DNA of 64,000 bases from a candidate division WWE3 bacterium RIFOXYC1_FULL_40_10 (GTDB taxonomy: Bacteria > Patescibacteriota > WWE3 > UBA101185 > UBA10185): contig MEWB01000001.1 of the NCBI GenBank assembly GCA_001773215.1, positions 614,099 to 678,098 on the forward strand, written 5' to 3'. A program made the translations under genes and the position numbers. Shown one piece after another: positions 1-10,357 of the stretch. The notes under the pieces were generated by a model. It ran no database searches. It had not been told where the DNA came from and saw nothing but the letters and a program-made list of their open reading frames with translations. Within the stretch, counting starts at the first letter, position 1. The number at the start of each line of letters is the position of its first letter.

Positions 1-2468
1 TGAACCTTGAATTCTCTTCCGGACGAATCCAACACTTTGGTATTGGCTAACTTTGCCTCTTCACTAACACCTGTCTCAATCTCACCATGCTTATACTCTA
101 TTTTTTTGTTCTCCAATGAATTCTTTGATTTCACTCTCTTATCTGCATCTTGAACAACTGCAACGAGTCTATCTCCCATATTCGAATAGATCTGAGTAAT
201 TAATATACCAAATCTTTCGTGTCCTTCTTTTTTGTATTCCACCATAGGATCCTTTTGGGCATATCCTCTTAATCCTATCCCCTCTCTCACCTGATCCATA
301 TCAACTAAGTGTTCCATCCACAGAAAATCTATAACCGGCAAGCTGAGTTGGGAAACAATATTAAGCCAAATTTCCTGGCCAAATTCTTCTTCTCTTTTAT
401 CCCAGTCCTTTCTCCTAAAACTAGAGTTTTCCGCTAACTTATCCATTAACCATTGCTGATACTCAACAAAGCCTGATTCGAGCTCCAGTACTCTTCTTCT
501 CAACTTATAAACAACTTCTCGGTGTACGTTTATAACGTCATCCATTTCAACAAGCTGTTTACGTCTATCAAAGTTAAAACCTTCAACTCTCTTTTGAGCA
601 TTTTCAATTGATTTTGTAACTATTCCGGCTTCTAGAGGAATGCTTTCGTCAACCCCAAATCTATCCATAATCCCCTGCATTTTGTCACCGCCGAATATTC
701 GCATTAAATCATCTTGAAAGGATACAAAAAACCTTGAAGATCCCGGATCCCCTTGTCGTCCCGATCGTCCCCTAAGCTGATTATCTATTCTGCGCGATTC
801 GTGTCTCTCAGTTCCTATAACGTGCAACCCGCCTGAGTTTTTGACTGCCTCATAAAGTTTCGCGTCAAATGGATCGCCGCCTAAGATGATATCGACTCCC
901 CTACCGGCCATGTTTGTTGAAATCGTGACAGCTCCTTTTTTACCGGCTTGTGCAATAATCAAGGCTTCACGTTCGTGGTTTTTTGCATTCAAAATTTCAT
1001 GCGGAATGTTTTTACGAGTAAGAAAATTATGCAGTAACTCACTCTTTTCGACCGAAGTTGTACCAACCAAAACCGGTTGGCCATTCTTATGCCTCTCTGC
1101 AATCTCCTCCGCTACTGCCTTAAATTTTGCAGACTCGCTCTTGTAAACAAGATCATTATTATCTTTTCTTATTAACGGTTTGTGCGTAGGGATTTCTAAT
1201 ACATCAAGTTTATAAATCTTATAAAACTCTTCGGCCTCAGTTAGGGCAGTACCCGTCATGCCCGCAAGTTTTTTATACATTCTAAAATAATTTTGATATG
1301 AAATTTCAGCTAAGGTTTTGGACTCCTGCTGAATAGTAACACTCTCTTTTGCTTCAATTGCCTGGTGTAGGCCGTGAGAATATCTGTTGCTTGGGAGCAA
1401 TCTTCCGGTAAACTGGTCGACAATAATAACCTTATCGTCTTTAACAACATAGTCCCGATTTTTTTCGTACAAAGCATATGCAATAAGAGCTTGCTCTATT
1501 AGGTGAACCATTTCGAAGTCTTCTTCGTAAAGGTGTTCTATGCCCAGTAATCTCTCGACTCTTCTTATGCCTAAATCCGATAGAGTAGCTGTCCTAAATT
1601 TTTCATCTACATCATAATCCTGATCCTTAGCCAACGATCTTATAATTTTATCGGCTTCCAAATATCTGGATGCTGATCGAGAGTCAGCGGCCGAAATAAT
1701 CAAAGGAGTACGGGCTACGTCAATAAGTATGGAGTCGACTTCATCTACAATTGCGTAATTATGCTCCCCCCAAGTTCCAATAGGATTTGTTTGAACCATC
1801 TCGTTAATATTTCTCACCATATTATCCCTAAGGTAGTCAAAACCAAACTCGTGATTAGTTCCATAAGTGATATCAGCTTTGTAAGCCTCTGCTCGTGAAA
1901 CTTCGCGTAAGTGAATAGCATACATATCGTCAAACTCAGTTCCTGTATAGGAAGAATCGTAAATAAAAGCTCTGTCCTGCATTATTACACCCACAGTCAC
2001 TCCAAGCATTTCATATATCTTACCCATCCACCCTGCACCATGACGTGACAGATAATCGTTTGGAGTTACTAAGTGAACACCTAACCCTGCCAGTGAATTA
2101 AGATATAAGGGCAAAGTTGCTGCATTGGTTTTTCCCTCACCGGTTTTTAACTCAGCTATTTTCCCCTGGTGCAAAACCACACCTGCAATTAGTTGAACAT
2201 CATGTAAAACTTTTCCGTCATCAACCTGCCTGGTTACTTCTTTAACCAAAGCAAAGGCCTCGGCTAGAATACCGTTCAAATAGTCTTCTCGCCTATCCCT
2301 CTCGCTTATTTCAGCTAAAGCTTGTTTCCACACCAATGTTTTTGATTTAATCTCATCTGGTTGGATATCCTTAAGTTTTTCATATAAATCGTTTATTCTG
2401 TCAACCTGAGGTTTAAGCTTATTAATTTGGCGTCCATTGGAATCCAGTAATTTTCTGATAAAATCCAT
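1..2468 (-). CDS. secA: Preprotein translocase ATPase SecA (3' end runs off the window)
   Basis: Manual minus-strand translation from ATG at 2468 (MDFIRKLLDSNGRQINKLK...) gives ELKTGEGKT, YGTNHEFGFDYLRDNM, IVDEVDSILID, STNMAGRGVDI and ERHESRRIDNQLRGRSGRQGDPG. It is absent from the ORF track because no stop lies in the window. Confidence 0.97.
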   Translation of the reverse strand, partial: MDFIRKLLDSNGRQINKLKPQVDRINDLYEKLKDIQPDEIKSKTLVWKQALAEISERDRREDYLNGILAEAFALVKEVTRQVDDGKVLHDVQLIAGVVLHQGKIAELKTGEGKTNAATLPLYLNSLAGLGVHLVTPNDYLSRHGAGWMGKIYEMLGVTVGVIMQDRAFIYDSSYTGTEFDDMYAIHLREVSRAEAYKADITYGTNHEFGFDYLRDNMVRNINEMVQTNPIGTWGEHNYAIVDEVDSILIDVARTPLIISAADSRSASRYLEADKIIRSLAKDQDYDVDEKFRTATLSDLGIRRVERLLGIEHLYEEDFEMVHLIEQALIAYALYEKNRDYVVKDDKVIIVDQFTGRLLPSNRYSHGLHQAIEAKESVTIQQESKTLAEISYQNYFRMYKKLAGMTGTALTEAEEFYKIYKLDVLEIPTHKPLIRKDNNDLVYKSESAKFKAVAEEIAERHKNGQPVLVGTTSVEKSELLHNFLTRKNIPHEILNAKNHEREALIIAQAGKKGAVTISTNMAGRGVDIILGGDPFDAKLYEAVKNSGGLHVIGTERHESRRIDNQLRGRSGRQGDPGSSRFFVSFQDDLMRIFGGDKMQGIMDRFGVDESIPLEAGIVTKSIENAQKRVEGFNFDRRKQLVEMDDVINVHREVVYKLRRRVLELESGFVEYQQWLMDKLAENSSFRRKDWDKREEEFGQEIWLNIVSQLSLPVIDFLWMEHLVDMDQVREGIGLRGYAQKDPMVEYKKEGHERFGILITQIYSNMGDRLVAVVQDADKRVKSKNSLENKKIEYKHGEIETGVSEEAKLANTKVLDSSGREFKV

Positions 2469-2516
2469 AACTAACAGATTATAACACCCGCTCAAAGTGT
2501 CGAAAGGAGAATGAAC

Positions 2517-2771
2517 ATGACTGGAAAAAAGATGTCCCTAGAAAACTTCTTGAATCAGCACCACTTGGTGACTGTTGAAATTAAAATGGAACCCGGCTAT
2601 GAAGTTGCTGTAATCACTTTTGAAAACCACAGGCGCCAGGAAACGGTACGAATATATTCATCCACCGAAGGAGAAAAATACTTTATATTCAAGGTAAACT
2701 CAAAACAAATTGGAAAGCCCCTGTTACCTAGACTCCATTGGGACGTGATAATTGTAGTTGTTGAAAAATAA
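2517..2771 (+). CDS. Small hypothetical protein (ORFan)
   Basis: AAGGAG at 2504-2509 is well spaced for ATG 2517; the ORF fills the gap between divergent secA and convergent uppP. Confidence 0.6.
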   Translation: MTGKKMSLENFLNQHHLVTVEIKMEPGYEVAVITFENHRRQETVRIYSSTEGEKYFIFKVNSKQIGKPLLPRLHWDVIIVVVEK

Positions 2772-2782
2772 GGGGCAATGCT

Positions 2783-3574
2783 TTACCAAAAGTAGATGCC
2801 CCTTAGTGTTGCCAGTAATATCAAAGCCAAGACTACTCTGTAAACTACAAACGCTTTTAACCCCATTTTGTTAATGTACTTAAGCAGAAAATTTATTGAC
2901 AAAACACCGGCTCCGAAGCTGGACAGCAACCCAATCAAAACTGTGGGCAGTGCAATTGAGGATAGATCAGAAAAAGAAGAAATTCCTTTATATAACCCGG
3001 CAACTATAACTATTGGGATTGATAGCAAAAACGAAATCCTTGCACTGAACTGCTTATCGTGACCTAAAAGCAAACCTCCTGAAATAGTTGCACCCGACCT
3101 TGAAATTCCTGGTAACAGAGCAAAAGCCTGAAACAAACCTATTAAAAAGGCATTTTTGAAAGTTAAACTAGTTGATACTATTTTGCGTTGATATAATTCT
3201 GCCAAATACATTAATAAACTACCAATGAGCAGGAACAAGGCTACAAATCCAACTCCCCTAAAAATCCCCTCGACATAATCACCCACTAACACTCCCAGTA
3301 TACCGGCGGGTATTGATCCCGCTAGTATCTGGTACCCTAACTTACGATTTCTGACTAGTATCTCTACCAGATCTTTCCAAAAGTAGGTGATTAGTGCCAA
3401 AGCACTCCCTAAATGCAAGGTAGTATCAAATACCAAGGGGTGTTCAGCCCACCCGAAAAACTTCGGAAACAAAATTAGGTGGGCAGTAGAAGATATTGGT
3501 AGAAACTCCGCGATCCCTTGAACAATGCCGAGTATTAAAGCCTGAAAGTTACTAGTCACTTCAATTTCTCCCAA
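2783..3574 (-). CDS. uppP: Undecaprenyl-diphosphate phosphatase
   Basis: GIVQGIAEFLPISSTAH and ALLPGISRSGATI motifs; multiple TM helices. Confidence 0.96.
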   Translation of the reverse strand: MGEIEVTSNFQALILGIVQGIAEFLPISSTAHLILFPKFFGWAEHPLVFDTTLHLGSALALITYFWKDLVEILVRNRKLGYQILAGSIPAGILGVLVGDYVEGIFRGVGFVALFLLIGSLLMYLAELYQRKIVSTSLTFKNAFLIGLFQAFALLPGISRSGATISGGLLLGHDKQFSARISFLLSIPIVIVAGLYKGISSFSDLSSIALPTVLIGLLSSFGAGVLSINFLLKYINKMGLKAFVVYRVVLALILLATLRGIYFW

Positions 3575-4256
3575 AAACTAAAACATTATCAGAGTTAGTA
3601 TAACCGGCAACCACTAAACACTGAACGTTCGTCAGCAAGCCTGAAACATATTGTATGAAGTTATTAACTTCGTCCTGGTGGTGCTGAAGGTAAATTCTAT
3701 TAAATATCACTAGTCCCCCTTTTCTAACCAAGCTTTTTACAGCTGATATAAAATTACCTGACTTGCCTAAATCAGGGTAATTTTCTCCCACGTATATATC
3801 CACCATTAACACATCAAAAGACGCTGTAGAGATATCAAACTCCAGGGGATCTACAACTACTTTCATCGCATCGGCTACTATTAATCTGTGATTAGCAATT
3901 TTATCTGCGTCAAAGTATTTCTTAGCTATCTCAACCATAACAGGATCAAACTCAACACTCGTAAGTGCAACCTCTGGGAATTTCTTTGTTATTAAGTGAG
4001 ACAAGGTTCCTCCCCCAAAACCCAGCAACAGCATCCTTTTCATGTCTGGTTGATGCTCATTGAGTATTTCTAAAGTTTTTCCCCAATACAGCCTGCTACA
4101 TGCGGGTGAATCCCAGTTGAGTGATTGAACAAAATTGTTCACCATTATTTTACGAGTTTTGCCTACATGAAGGACTCTGATAGTACCGTTTAATGGGGAA
4201 TCAAATTCCTCTAATACCTTAGGAATTTGTAACTGGGCTACATCAAGAATGCTCAT
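3561..4256 (-). CDS. Spermidine-synthase-like class I SAM-dependent transferase
   Basis: LLLGFGGG motif I, VEFDPVMVEIA, ADA and DVLMVD. Confidence 0.8.
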   Translation of the reverse strand: MSILDVAQLQIPKVLEEFDSPLNGTIRVLHVGKTRKIMVNNFVQSLNWDSPACSRLYWGKTLEILNEHQPDMKRMLLLGFGGGTLSHLITKKFPEVALTSVEFDPVMVEIAKKYFDADKIANHRLIVADAMKVVVDPLEFDISTASFDVLMVDIYVGENYPDLGKSGNFISAVKSLVRKGGLVIFNRIYLQHHQDEVNNFIQYVSGLLTNVQCLVVAGYTNSDNVLVFGRN

Positions 4257-4268
4257 ATGATTTTAATA

Positions 4269-5576
4269 TTACTTTATTATGTCAAATCCCGTGTATTGTC
4301 GCAAAACTTCCGGAACTACTATAGAGCCATCCTTCTGCTGATAGTTCTCAATTATGGCGATTAGTATTCGACCTATCGCAAAAGCAGTGGCGTCGTTCAT
4401 ATGAACAAACTTCAAATTACCTTTTAAATCTTTATAACGCGTGTTTAACCTTCGCGCCTGGTAATCGGTCATATAATCTGAAGTATGGGTTTCCCTATAC
4501 GTATTCTGTCCGGGCAACCAACAGTTGATATCAATTTGTTTATAATCAGGCTTGCCCATATCACCTGTACATAGGATCATCACCTGGTAAGGTATCTCAA
4601 GCTGCTGAACTAAATATTCCTGGATAGTCACAATTAGCTCTTGTTCCTTCACGCCATCTTCTTCCGTTGAAAATACTTCCATTTCCAGTTTATCGAATTG
4701 ATGAGTTCTGAACATACCACGCATATCTTTTCCATAGGTCCCGGCTTCGCGTCGAAATGCGGTTGAATACCCAATAAACCTCAAAGGTAAATCTGCCGCG
4801 GCCAAAGTCTCGTCCATAAACATAGGCCCAAGTGTATGTTCGGCACTTCCGATAAGCATTTGATCGTCCTGCTCCAAATAATATCTATCATCGATGGGAT
4901 CAAATCTATCCATCTTTTTTGCCACTTCCGCTTTTAGCAACACCGGAGGAACTACAGGGATAAAAGGTTTGTTATATTTGTTGCCTACTTTTGCTGCTAA
5001 TTCCGAAATAATCTTGCCATCTCCTAATGTTTTTAGCACATATTGGACTAGAGCGAACTGCAACAGCACTGCCGCACCTTTTAAATAGTAATGCCTGCTA
5101 CCTGTAACTTTCGACGCGGTTTCGACGTCGACAATTCCCAATGGAACTGCTATATCGACATGGTCTTTGACTTCAAAGTCAAACTTTTTTGGTTCGCCCC
5201 ATGTTCTTAATACCTGGTTTTCACTTTCATCTTTTCCAGCCGGGACATCATCCGCTATCACATTAGGTACTAAAAGCATCATTGAATCAAATACCTTTTT
5301 GGTTCCTTCTAAATCACTCTCAAATTGCTTTAATTTGTTTTTTATCTCTAAAGCTCGCTCAACATACTTTTGGCGGTCCTCCTGAGGAACTTTTCCTATA
5401 TCCTCTGATAATCTGTTTTTCTCGGCTCTTGCACCCTCGACAGAATATAAAATTGCCAAGTAGTTATTGTGTACATCTATTAGTTTATCTATATCGATTA
5501 GCTCCTCTTTTTTCTTAGCCTTTACCGCATATTTAACTTTTTCTATATTTTCTTTAATAAATTTTATGTCCAACAT
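4269..5576 (-). CDS. serS: Seryl-tRNA synthetase
   Basis: MLDIKFIKEN start, N-terminal coiled coil, FRREAGTYGKD, QFDKLE, YQARRLN, NYQQKDGSI. Confidence 0.97.
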   Translation of the reverse strand: MLDIKFIKENIEKVKYAVKAKKKEELIDIDKLIDVHNNYLAILYSVEGARAEKNRLSEDIGKVPQEDRQKYVERALEIKNKLKQFESDLEGTKKVFDSMMLLVPNVIADDVPAGKDESENQVLRTWGEPKKFDFEVKDHVDIAVPLGIVDVETASKVTGSRHYYLKGAAVLLQFALVQYVLKTLGDGKIISELAAKVGNKYNKPFIPVVPPVLLKAEVAKKMDRFDPIDDRYYLEQDDQMLIGSAEHTLGPMFMDETLAAADLPLRFIGYSTAFRREAGTYGKDMRGMFRTHQFDKLEMEVFSTEEDGVKEQELIVTIQEYLVQQLEIPYQVMILCTGDMGKPDYKQIDINCWLPGQNTYRETHTSDYMTDYQARRLNTRYKDLKGNLKFVHMNDATAFAIGRILIAIIENYQQKDGSIVVPEVLRQYTGFDIIK

Positions 5577-5613
5577 AAATACCTTTCATAGTAAGTATAT
5601 ACTTTTCGGGTAT

Positions 5614-5643
5614 AAAAAATCCCCGACTTGTTTTCGTCAGGGC
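5614..5643 (-). promoter_or_regulatory. Terminator-like hairpin in the serS leader (possible attenuator)
   Basis: Minus strand CCCTGAC-gaaaacaa-GTCGGGG-ATTTTTT, about 40 nt upstream of the serS ATG. Confidence 0.45.
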
Positions 5644-5736
5644 CTCACCGGCCTGCCATTTCTTCCCTTTTCGTCGCATTTTGGTTATAATACGTGCAAT
5701 TATTACCAAAAGCCTACCGAAAGTAAAGGAGATCAT

Positions 5737-6237
5737 ATGTATCAAACCTCGATTTTGGAACGTGAGCCTTATACGGCTCTGGTAGAAGTGATACCAAATT
5801 TAGGAGCTCATTTAGCTCATATCGACCTATCCGTCTTGCTCATTGAAATTGCCAAAAAGCCTTATCTCAAGCTTCAGGCTAAAATGAGCTTTAGTGATCC
5901 TAAGCATGGACCGCCTGAATACCACTCGTATATCCTTAAGCTTGAAGATCTTGAACTGGCCTGGCAGGCAACGGAAATGTTCAGACGAATTTTTGTGTTG
6001 CCCCACGGAGCTATTCAAGACATCAACGATCCTATCGAATGCCAGAACCCCTTCTTGGAGTGCGTTATAATGCTTTCCGAACCTCTCTTCATGAGAATCC
6101 ATGTTGCGTGTATTTTAGCTAGGAGGTTTCCGGGAGGCTTCTTGGGGGTATTAAATTCGAGAAAAGAAATTATGGATAGGCATCCAAACCTTAACTTTGC
6201 AAAACAAAGATTAAAAGAACTTGAAGTTGGCGCCTAA
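5737..6237 (+). CDS. Hypothetical protein (166 aa ORFan, MYQTSILERE...)
   Basis: TATAAT at 5686-5691, AAGGAG SD before ATG 5737, followed by a terminator. Confidence 0.7.
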   Translation: MYQTSILEREPYTALVEVIPNLGAHLAHIDLSVLLIEIAKKPYLKLQAKMSFSDPKHGPPEYHSYILKLEDLELAWQATEMFRRIFVLPHGAIQDINDPIECQNPFLECVIMLSEPLFMRIHVACILARRFPGGFLGVLNSRKEIMDRHPNLNFAKQRLKELEVGA

Positions 6238-6246
6238 CTGTAATAG

Positions 6247-6278
6247 ACCGTGGGATTTTACAAACCCACGGTTTTTTT
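6247..6278 (+). terminator. Rho-independent terminator
   Basis: ACCGTGGG...CCCACGGT followed by a T-tract. Confidence 0.85.
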
Positions 6279-6405
6279 ATGTAAGCCTTGCAAATACAAT
6301 AAAGGATGATATTATTGCAACGATAACTGGTTGACACAAACCAAGTTTTTTGTTCTTATTGACCAACAAAAGTTGATTTGTTACAATCAACCGCGTTCTT
6401 TGTTG

Positions 6406-6621
6406 ATGCAAAATAAACAGGTAATAAATAAAGACGGAAAAATATTAGAAGCCTTAATGGGAGGGATGTTTAGGATAGAGCTCGACGACAGCAGTGTAGT
6501 CATAGCCTCAATATCCGGAAAGATGAGAAAGTCTCGTATCAGAGTTCTCCCTGGAGATAGAGTGAGAATGGAATTTTCACCTCACGACCTTTCTCGCGGC
6601 AGAATAGTTTATAGACTTTAA
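6406..6621 (+). CDS. infA: Translation initiation factor IF-1
   Basis: ISGKMRKSRIRVLPGDRVRMEFSPHDLSRGRIVYR; 71 aa from ATG 6406. Confidence 0.96.
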   Translation: MQNKQVINKDGKILEALMGGMFRIELDDSSVVIASISGKMRKSRIRVLPGDRVRMEFSPHDLSRGRIVYRL

Positions 6622-6645
6622 TATTTTTCAAAATATAAAAAAGTA

Positions 6646-6762
6646 ATGAAAGTTAGATCTTCGGTAAAGACAATTTGCAGAGAATGCAAAGTTATAAGAA
6701 GAAAAGGCGTTGTTAGGGTGATTTGCAAGCGAAATCCCAAGCACAAGCAACGTCAAGGATAA
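6646..6762 (+). CDS. rpmJ: 50S ribosomal protein L36
   Basis: Manual translation [38 protein letters not shown]; below the ORF-track cutoff. Confidence 0.97.
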   Translation: MKVRSSVKTICRECKVIRRKGVVRVICKRNPKHKQRQG

Positions 6763-6763
6763 T

Positions 6764-7150
6764 ATGCCAAGAATAAAAGGTGTTGATATACCAAATGATA
6801 AGAGAATAGAAATCGCGCTTACATATATATACGGGGTCGGAAAAGCCTGGTCTACAAAAATACTTTCGACTAATGGAATTAACCCGGATACAAGAGCAAA
6901 AGATCTTACAGAAGAAGACATTGCCAAGATAAACAAATCTATCACCGAGTTTCAAATACTTACCGAAGGCGAATTAAGAAGACAAAAAAGCTCAAACATA
7001 AGACGCCTACAAGAGATTAAGTCATATAGAGGTTTAAGACATTCCAAAGGGTTACCAACCAGAGGCCAAAGAACAAGAAGTAATTCTCGAACAAGAAAAG
7101 GCAAAAGAAAAACCGTAGGAGGAATGAAAAAGAAATTAGCTAAGAAATAA
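6764..7150 (+). CDS. rpsM: 30S ribosomal protein S13
   Basis: [35 protein letters not shown]. Confidence 0.98.
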   Translation: MPRIKGVDIPNDKRIEIALTYIYGVGKAWSTKILSTNGINPDTRAKDLTEEDIAKINKSITEFQILTEGELRRQKSSNIRRLQEIKSYRGLRHSKGLPTRGQRTRSNSRTRKGKRKTVGGMKKKLAKK

Positions 7151-7151
7151 T

Positions 7152-7526
7152 ATGGCAAGAAAAAAGAAGGAAAAAACAATACCATCAAGCGGAAAAGTAT
7201 TTATCACCGCCACAATGAATAACACAATCATTACTATCACCGACAGTGATGGAAATACCTTATTCACAGGAAGTTCCGGAAACGCCGGATTTAAGGGGTC
7301 AAGAAAATCCACCCCATACGCCGCTACAAAAGCTACCGAAACAGTAGCTCAAAAAGCTGCTTCAGCAGGTTTAAGAGAAGTATCCGTTATAGTGAAAGGA
7401 CCTGGAATGGGCCGTATTTCCTCAATTAAGGCACTAAAAACAGCAGGGCTTAACGTTGTAGCAATTTCAGACATGACTCCTATGCCCCACAACGGATGTC
7501 GCCCAAAGAAAAAGAGGAGAGTTTAA
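7152..7526 (+). CDS. rpsK: 30S ribosomal protein S11
   Basis: [38 protein letters not shown]. Confidence 0.98.
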   Translation: MARKKKEKTIPSSGKVFITATMNNTIITITDSDGNTLFTGSSGNAGFKGSRKSTPYAATKATETVAQKAASAGLREVSVIVKGPGMGRISSIKALKTAGLNVVAISDMTPMPHNGCRPKKKRRV

Positions 7527-7530
7527 TAAT

Positions 7531-8133
7531 ATGGCAAGATACCACGGACCAAAATGCAGGCTATGTAGACGAGAAGGGATTAAACTCAATCTTAAAGGAA
7601 CCAGATGTGATGGAGAAAAATGTACTATGAATAAGAGGACACAAGCTCCGGGACAGCATGGCACATCAAGAAGGGCACTATCTAACTTTGGTAAACAACT
7701 AAGAGAAAAACAAAAAGCGAAAAGAATATACGGAATTCTCGAAAGACAATTTAAAAACTATGTTAATGAAGCAATGAAAGAAAAAGGCATTACCGGGGAA
7801 AACCTCTACAGGAAACTTGAATCAAGGATGGATAATATGGTATACAGAAGCGGGTTCGCAGTATCAAGAGCACAAGCTCGACAATTAGTGAGAAGAGGAC
7901 TATTTGAAGTAAACGGTAAAAAAGCAACGATTCCTGCGAGAACATTAAGAATTGGGGATACAATTAAACCGGTGGATTTTCAAAAAATTCATGCAAGAGA
8001 GGGTTTTGTTTTACCCGATTGGCTTCAAGCTAATGTAAAGGAAAAAACTGTAAAGTATGTAGTTCTTCCCTCTATGGATGAATTACAAGAAAGGTTTGAT
8101 ATTCAGGCTATAATTGAATCGTATTCTAGATAA
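7531..8133 (+). CDS. rpsD: 30S ribosomal protein S4
   Basis: MARYHGPKCRLCRREG, QLREKQKAKRIYG, LESRMDNMVYRSGFA. Confidence 0.98.
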   Translation: MARYHGPKCRLCRREGIKLNLKGTRCDGEKCTMNKRTQAPGQHGTSRRALSNFGKQLREKQKAKRIYGILERQFKNYVNEAMKEKGITGENLYRKLESRMDNMVYRSGFAVSRAQARQLVRRGLFEVNGKKATIPARTLRIGDTIKPVDFQKIHAREGFVLPDWLQANVKEKTVKYVVLPSMDELQERFDIQAIIESYSR

Positions 8134-8154
8134 TTTTTAGGAGGTATTTTTTAA

Positions 8155-9090
8155 ATGACAACAAACGTATCGATAGAAAATTTAAAAGTTAAGGCACGAG
8201 AAGAAGGAAAGAATAAAGGCGTATTTGAATTTGAACCTTTACCTACCGGGTATGGCTATACCATAGGTAATGCCCTAAGAAGAGTTCTGTTAACATCCAT
8301 TAAAGGAGCAGCAATAACCCAGATAAAAGTAGCGGGGGCTAATCACCAATTCTCTACACTAGCCGGGGTTAAGGAAGATTTGGTAGAAGTAACGATGAAT
8401 CTAAAACAGGTAAGACTACAGTTGCATGGTGAGAATCCTGTTGTAGTTTCGTTAAAGAAAAAGGGACCTGGAAAAGTGACTGCAGGGGACATTGAAGAAA
8501 CTTCGGACCTTAAAGTAATGAATAAGGAACAACATATAGCTACCTTAGCTGATTCCAAGACACAGTTTGATATAGAGCTCGTAGTGGAACCAGGTGTTGG
8601 CTATTCTCCGATGGAAGAAAGACAAACTTCAAAGGTAGGTGTTATCGTAATTGACGCATTATTCTCTCCGGTATTGTTAGCCAAATTTGAAGTGGAACCT
8701 ACTCGATTTGCAGATAGAACCGACTTAGATAAAGTTGTGTTGGAGGTTGAGACAGACGGTAGCATCTCTCCGAAAGAATCCATCAAGGCTGCTGCAGGAG
8801 TACTTAAAAAATATTATCAAGCTGTATCACAATGGGTTAATCTCGAAGATATAGAGGAAGAGAAAGAAGAGGAGCTATCCGAACTTCCCGCAAAGTCAAA
8901 CGAGGAAGACATTGCAATAGAGGAGCTACCCTTACAAACAAGAACCATTAACTCTTTAAAGAAAAGCAAAATCACCACGTTGGCCCAACTTGGAAAAATG
9001 TCCGACGAAGAAATTGCTGATGTTAAAAACTTAGGAGAAAAGTCTCTGTCTGAAATCAAAGATCTACTCCAAAAAGAAGGTTATCGATAA
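8155..9090 (+). CDS. rpoA: RNA polymerase alpha subunit
   Basis: EPLPTGYGYTIGNALRRVLL, IDALFSPV, C-terminal VKNLGEKSLSEI. Confidence 0.98.
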   Translation: MTTNVSIENLKVKAREEGKNKGVFEFEPLPTGYGYTIGNALRRVLLTSIKGAAITQIKVAGANHQFSTLAGVKEDLVEVTMNLKQVRLQLHGENPVVVSLKKKGPGKVTAGDIEETSDLKVMNKEQHIATLADSKTQFDIELVVEPGVGYSPMEERQTSKVGVIVIDALFSPVLLAKFEVEPTRFADRTDLDKVVLEVETDGSISPKESIKAAAGVLKKYYQAVSQWVNLEDIEEEKEEELSELPAKSNEEDIAIEELPLQTRTINSLKKSKITTLAQLGKMSDEEIADVKNLGEKSLSEIKDLLQKEGYR

Positions 9091-9491
9091 TGAGACATAG
9101 AATCGTAGGTAAAAAGCTCGGTAGAGATGATGATCACAGAAAGGCCCTGTTGAGAAACTTAGCCGGACAGGTGATTGATAAAGAGGAAGCCGAAACTACC
9201 TTGGCAAAAGCCAAGTACTTAAGGCCTTATCTCGAAAGGCTCATTACACGAGCAATAAAAGCCTCAAAAGCTGATGACAGCGTGGTTAAATATAATGCAG
9301 TTAAATACCTAAAAGGGAAGATTTATCCTCAGGATTCTGTAAAGAAACTGTTTGACAGTATATTGCCAAGGTTTATGAATGTACCAGGAGGATACACTAA
9401 AGTTACAAGAACCCGAAACAGAGACGGCGATGGAGCCCTGATGGCTAGAATCGAATTTTCAAAGGAAGCCGGCAAAAAATCGGCAAAATAA
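9090..9491 (+). CDS. rplQ: 50S ribosomal protein L17
   Basis: MRHR...KKLGR...HRKALLRNL, TTLAKAK, PGGYTKV. Confidence 0.97.
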   Translation: MRHRIVGKKLGRDDDHRKALLRNLAGQVIDKEEAETTLAKAKYLRPYLERLITRAIKASKADDSVVKYNAVKYLKGKIYPQDSVKKLFDSILPRFMNVPGGYTKVTRTRNRDGDGALMARIEFSKEAGKKSAK

Positions 9492-9496
9492 CCAGT

Positions 9497-9919
9497 ATGA
9501 AAGGTAATACGTACGCACCAAATCAAGATAATATAAAGAAAGAATGGCACTTCATAGATGCCACCGATCAAACTTTGGGGCGCTTGGCTTCTAAGGTTGC
9601 GCACATAATCATCGGCAAAAATAAGGTGGAGTACTCACCTAATTCGTTGGTAAATGACTCTGTTGTAGTCACAAACACATCAAAGATAGTAGTAACAGGG
9701 AAAAAGGATACCGACAAAATATACATTAAGCATACAGGGTTCCCAAAGGGACTTAGAGAAATAACATATTCAAAAATGAAAGAAAAGGATCCCACGAAAG
9801 CACTAAGATTAGCAGTGTACGGAATGCTTCCTCATAACAAATTAAGAGCTAAGAGGATAAAGTGTCTACATATTTACTCCGGGGAAGATCACCCACACAA
9901 AGCCCAGATAGCAAAGTAA
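9497..9919 (+). CDS. rplM: 50S ribosomal protein L13
   Basis: WHFIDATDQTLGRLAS, HTGFPKGL, AVYGMLPHNKL, HPHKAQ. Confidence 0.97.
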   Translation: MKGNTYAPNQDNIKKEWHFIDATDQTLGRLASKVAHIIIGKNKVEYSPNSLVNDSVVVTNTSKIVVTGKKDTDKIYIKHTGFPKGLREITYSKMKEKDPTKALRLAVYGMLPHNKLRAKRIKCLHIYSGEDHPHKAQIAK

Positions 9920-9923
9920 TTTT

Positions 9924-10355
9924 ATGGCAAAAGAAACAAAAACAGAAACTAAAATTAAAAAGGATTTTATTTCGGGCACCGGAAGAAGAAAAACCGCAGT
10001 AGCCAGTGTCTTTATTTGGAAGGAAAAGGGCGAAATCCTAGTGAATAATACACCTATAGAAACTTACTTCCCAACTGAAAAAGATCAAATAAAGTGGCTC
10101 AAACCTTTCCATCTAATTGGTGTATCCCACCCAAAATCAAAATTTGATATACACATTCAGGTTAGCGGATCGGGAAAAAGTTCACAACTAGATGCAGTGA
10201 TTCATGGGATATCCCGGGCACTTGCAACAATGGAAGAAGAGTATCACTTATTACTTAGTCAAAACGGCATGTTATCCAGAGATCCGCGTATGGTGGAAAG
10301 AAAAAAGCCTTATCTTCACAAGGCTCGAAAAGCCCAACAATACTCAAAGAGATAA
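9924..10355 (+). CDS. rpsI: 30S ribosomal protein S9
   Basis: GTGRRKTAVA, RDPRMVERKKP...KARKAQQYSKR. Confidence 0.97.
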   Translation: MAKETKTETKIKKDFISGTGRRKTAVASVFIWKEKGEILVNNTPIETYFPTEKDQIKWLKPFHLIGVSHPKSKFDIHIQVSGSGKSSQLDAVIHGISRALATMEEEYHLLLSQNGMLSRDPRMVERKKPYLHKARKAQQYSKR

Positions 10356-10357
10356 TA

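Noticed and set aside
5467-5736. N-terminal extension of the 256-aa ORF
   Set aside because: It overlaps serS antisense; SD and -10 box support ATG 5737.
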